A DNA stretch of 64,000 nt from an uncultured Chthonomonadaceae bacterium (GTDB taxonomy: Bacteria > Armatimonadota > Chthonomonadetes > Chthonomonadales > CAJBBX01): NCBI GenBank assembly GCA_964396385.1, contig CAYNFH010000004.1:5008-69007 (forward strand), in the 5' to 3' direction. Position 1 is the first letter of the stretch; each line of letters opens with the position of its first letter. The notes under the pieces are model-generated. The model did not search any database and was not told the origin of the DNA. It saw only the letters and a program-made list of their open reading frames with translations. Below, in pieces: positions 61,692 to 64,000 of this stretch. Made by a program: the position numbers and the translations under genes.

Positions 61692-63188
61692 ATGACTCAC
61701 CAAACAGACAAACAGCTCATTACGCAGGCACGGGCCGGCGACCGGCTGGCCGCGGGGCAGCTCCTGGAGCGGCACCGGCGGCCGGTGGCAGCCCTCGCGC
61801 ACCGTGCGCTGGGAAACGCGGATGACGCTCACGACGTGGCGCAGGAGACCCTCGTGTACGCCCTCCAGCGGCTTCCGGAGCTCCGTGAGCCCAGCAAGCT
61901 GTCCGCCTGGCTGCGCCAGCTCACGCTCTCTCACTGTGCTGATTACCGCCGTCGCCGGGCCACCCGCAGGCTTGGAGAGCCCATCACACTCCTGAACGAG
62001 ACCGCCGAGGAAGCGGACTATGCGGAGCGACTGGCGGTACGCCAGTCACTGAACGGGCTGTCCGATGCACATCGCACCACGCTCTTGCTCCACTACCTGG
62101 GAGGCTGGTCGCTTCAAGAGGTAGCGGAGCTGCTTGCAATTCCTGTAAACACCGTGCGCAGCCGGTTACTAGCCGCAAAGCGCGTGCTTCGGTCCGACCT
62201 GCGCCCGCTCTTTGTACAAAGGAAACCTATGCCTACCAGACTGCCCAGCCTTACCCGATCGCAAACATCGCTCATCAATGAGGCGCTGCCTGGCGCCCGA
62301 ATCGTATCTGTTCAGACCGACCCTGAGCCCTGGATGCCGTTTCACGCCCGAATCCGCGTGGAGCTGCCGGAGGGAGGCGAGAAGGTAGTGGACTTCCGCC
62401 ATGACATAGACCCGGAGCGGGCGGAGCTGATCTCCGCGCTGACGCGGCTCGGTCTGCCCGGACCGCGCGTGGTGGAGGGACCTACCGCTGACGGCGACGG
62501 CGGATTCATCGCTCTCTGTGAAGTGCCACGTGGAGAGAACCTCAATGTGTGGGCGCTGGGCGGAACACCGCACCGCATCCGGCTGGCGACGGAGCGGACA
62601 TTCCAGGCGGTCGACTTGCTGCAATCCTTGACAGACCGCCTCCTCGCAGATCCAGCCGGCGCCAAACTGGAGCGCAGGACGCTCCCCGATGAAGTAGCAG
62701 CGATTGAGGCCGCGGACGGGGATTGGTTCGCGGATACGTGGTTCCGCAGCGCTTTGGACAAGGTCCGGACCGCGGTAAGAGACATTCAGACGCTACTGGT
62801 CTTCACACACTTCCTCCACTTCTTTCCCGGCTTTCTGCGCATAGAGCCGGGGACAGACCCATTCAAGGAGCCCATGGGATGGCCGGGGGACGCGCGGCTC
62901 CAGGCGAATCCGGTAGTGGAGTTTGTGGCGCCATTCGGGCACTTCGGCGATCCGCTGCTGGGGCTCAGCATGATCTGGATTTATGACTGCTACCCGTTTG
63001 TACACGCCGGCTTCGTGGAGCAGTACCTGATTAGGCACGATCTGACGCGCCGGGACCTGGCGCCGCGGCTCGCCATCAGGGCATTGCAGGTCATCCAGCG
63101 GGAGCTGCCGGTGCAGCGGCCGGACGATGGCGCGCGCTACTGGGACGCCCTGCATGGCTATTTGGAACTGGCCCTGTCCTGGTTGTGA
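61692..63188 (+). CDS. ECF-type sigma-70 factor fused to a C-terminal domain of about 320 aa (kinase/APH-fold-like, tentative)
   Basis: Region 2: DAHDVAQETLVYALQRL. Region 4 HTH: SLQEVAELLAIPVNTVRSRLLAAKRVL. This is followed by a long non-sigma domain. Confidence 0.8.
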   Translation: MTHQTDKQLITQARAGDRLAAGQLLERHRRPVAALAHRALGNADDAHDVAQETLVYALQRLPELREPSKLSAWLRQLTLSHCADYRRRRATRRLGEPITLLNETAEEADYAERLAVRQSLNGLSDAHRTTLLLHYLGGWSLQEVAELLAIPVNTVRSRLLAAKRVLRSDLRPLFVQRKPMPTRLPSLTRSQTSLINEALPGARIVSVQTDPEPWMPFHARIRVELPEGGEKVVDFRHDIDPERAELISALTRLGLPGPRVVEGPTADGDGGFIALCEVPRGENLNVWALGGTPHRIRLATERTFQAVDLLQSLTDRLLADPAGAKLERRTLPDEVAAIEAADGDWFADTWFRSALDKVRTAVRDIQTLLVFTHFLHFFPGFLRIEPGTDPFKEPMGWPGDARLQANPVVEFVAPFGHFGDPLLGLSMIWIYDCYPFVHAGFVEQYLIRHDLTRRDLAPRLAIRALQVIQRELPVQRPDDGARYWDALHGYLELALSWL

Positions 63189-63365
63189 ATCTCCCGGGCT
63201 ACGTACGCAGCCCGGGAGGAGTCGGGTACGAGCAGGAGTAGGGTGTTCCATTTCGCGGTTAATGGACTGAGGTAGCACTACGCTTGAAGTTGCGACGGCG
63301 GTCACTTCCGCCGGCCCACGCGTTGTCACTTTGGCGAGAGACGCCTCACCACTTCCTCGGCCCCT

Positions 63366-63739
63366 TTACGGTAGAGGCAGACACAGACTAGGGCGCCGGC
63401 CGCGCTTCCTGGCGGATCCTGTCTTACCGGTAAACACGTCGACAGCATGGTTCCGGGCCGTGTGCTCGCGCAACTCCTCGACCACGGGAAGGAGCGCGTC
63501 CGCGAACGGCTGGAGGGCGGTCGCCGGAATGGCAGCGAGTAGGTCGTGTCGGAGTACGCCCACCCGCCGCGCCGGCGGTCGTAGCTCAGGGGAGCGTGCA
63601 GCCGCTCCCGCAGGTAATCGCGGTCCGCGTAAGCCGTCCGGAGCGACACCTCGAACCGCTCCGCCATGAACCGGGCATTAGGGTAACGCCCCGCACGTAT
63701 CTCCGCGTCAATCCAATAAAGCCGCTCCGTCTGTGCCAT
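63366..63739 (-). pseudogene. Frameshifted, truncated HTH (YafY/WYL-regulator-type) gene remnant
   Basis: MAQTERLYWIDAEIRAGRYPNARFMAERFEVSLRTAYADRDYLRERL...GGWAYSDTTYSLP in one frame. It continues as ATALQPFADALLPVVEEL in another frame from about 63530. No WYL domain follows. Confidence 0.5.
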
Positions 63740-64000
63740 AAGCAGCGATTCGCAGATGCACACACGATTCCTGCACAGGAACCATTCTCGTTACGCGTAC
63801 CGCCCCGCTGTGTACCGCCTCCGATCTTCCAGAACACTCTCTCCCTTCACCCCCTCACCCCCTTCCACTTGCACCTGAAACTCCTCCACTGCCATTGTAA
63901 GAGTGGAAATATGAGCTTGCCAGGCTGCATTCCGGCAGCAATGCCGCACGCGAGGCAGCACCCGTCCCGCGGGAACCGTCCCGAAGGGACGGTCGCGGTT

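Noticed and set aside
63840-64000. CT-rich tract (CTCCCTTCACCCCCTCACCCCCTTCCA) and a terminal hairpin (ACCGTCCCGAAGGGACGGT) at the window edge
   Set aside because: The features are real in the sequence but too close to the window end to interpret. They could be a further repeat element or a terminator.

Overview
High-GC bacterial chromosome segment, gene-dense on both strands. Gene content suggests a Planctomycetota, Verrucomicrobiota or Armatimonadota-type organism: a DUF1549/DUF1553 plus DUF1501 pair, DUF1559 pseudopilins with [25 protein letters not shown]-termini, and many CAZymes (two GH43, GH127, GH5, CE15). I recognised no rRNA or tRNA gene. The backbone carries carbohydrate-utilisation and housekeeping genes: lgt, malic enzyme, a canonical queC-queE-queD operon, and a Gfo/Idh/MocA oxidoreductase. 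Four things stand out. (1) At about 23.0-28.3 kb sits an AT-richer five-gene operon. It encodes a second QueC paralogue, a DUF6884-like/GIY-YIG-like protein, a SIR2 fused to a nucleoside-kinase-like P-loop, a nucleoside 2-deoxyribosyltransferase-like protein, and a MazG/DUF1599-like-NUDIX fusion. I cannot assign this combination to any described defence or DNA-modification system, and it is my best candidate for a new nucleotide-centred system. (2) At about 34.2-39.7 kb is a five-gene minus-strand cassette: a SNF2 helicase, a BrxD/DUF2791-like ATPase, an apparent P-loop-less paralogue of that ATPase, and two unknowns. A HEPN-like two-gene module lies next to it, and the whole region sits inside a 7.5-kb segment bounded by about 280-bp direct repeats. 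(3) A dispersed family of low-complexity elements is built from tandem 7-8-mers, often around a CCGGATTCC core. They occur intergenically as hairpins and in frame inside conserved enzymes (QueE, an enolase-superfamily enzyme, GH127, DUF1549/1553). (4) The right end (59.8-63.8 kb) looks like a decayed accessory region. It holds an orphan mini-CRISPR-like array, a VapBC-like pair, gene fragments, an ECF sigma factor with a long C-terminal extension, and a frameshifted HTH regulator remnant. Many long ORFs in the six-frame track are antisense shadows of real genes, as expected at high GC, and were discarded. All family names come from motif recognition by eye and need HMM confirmation.
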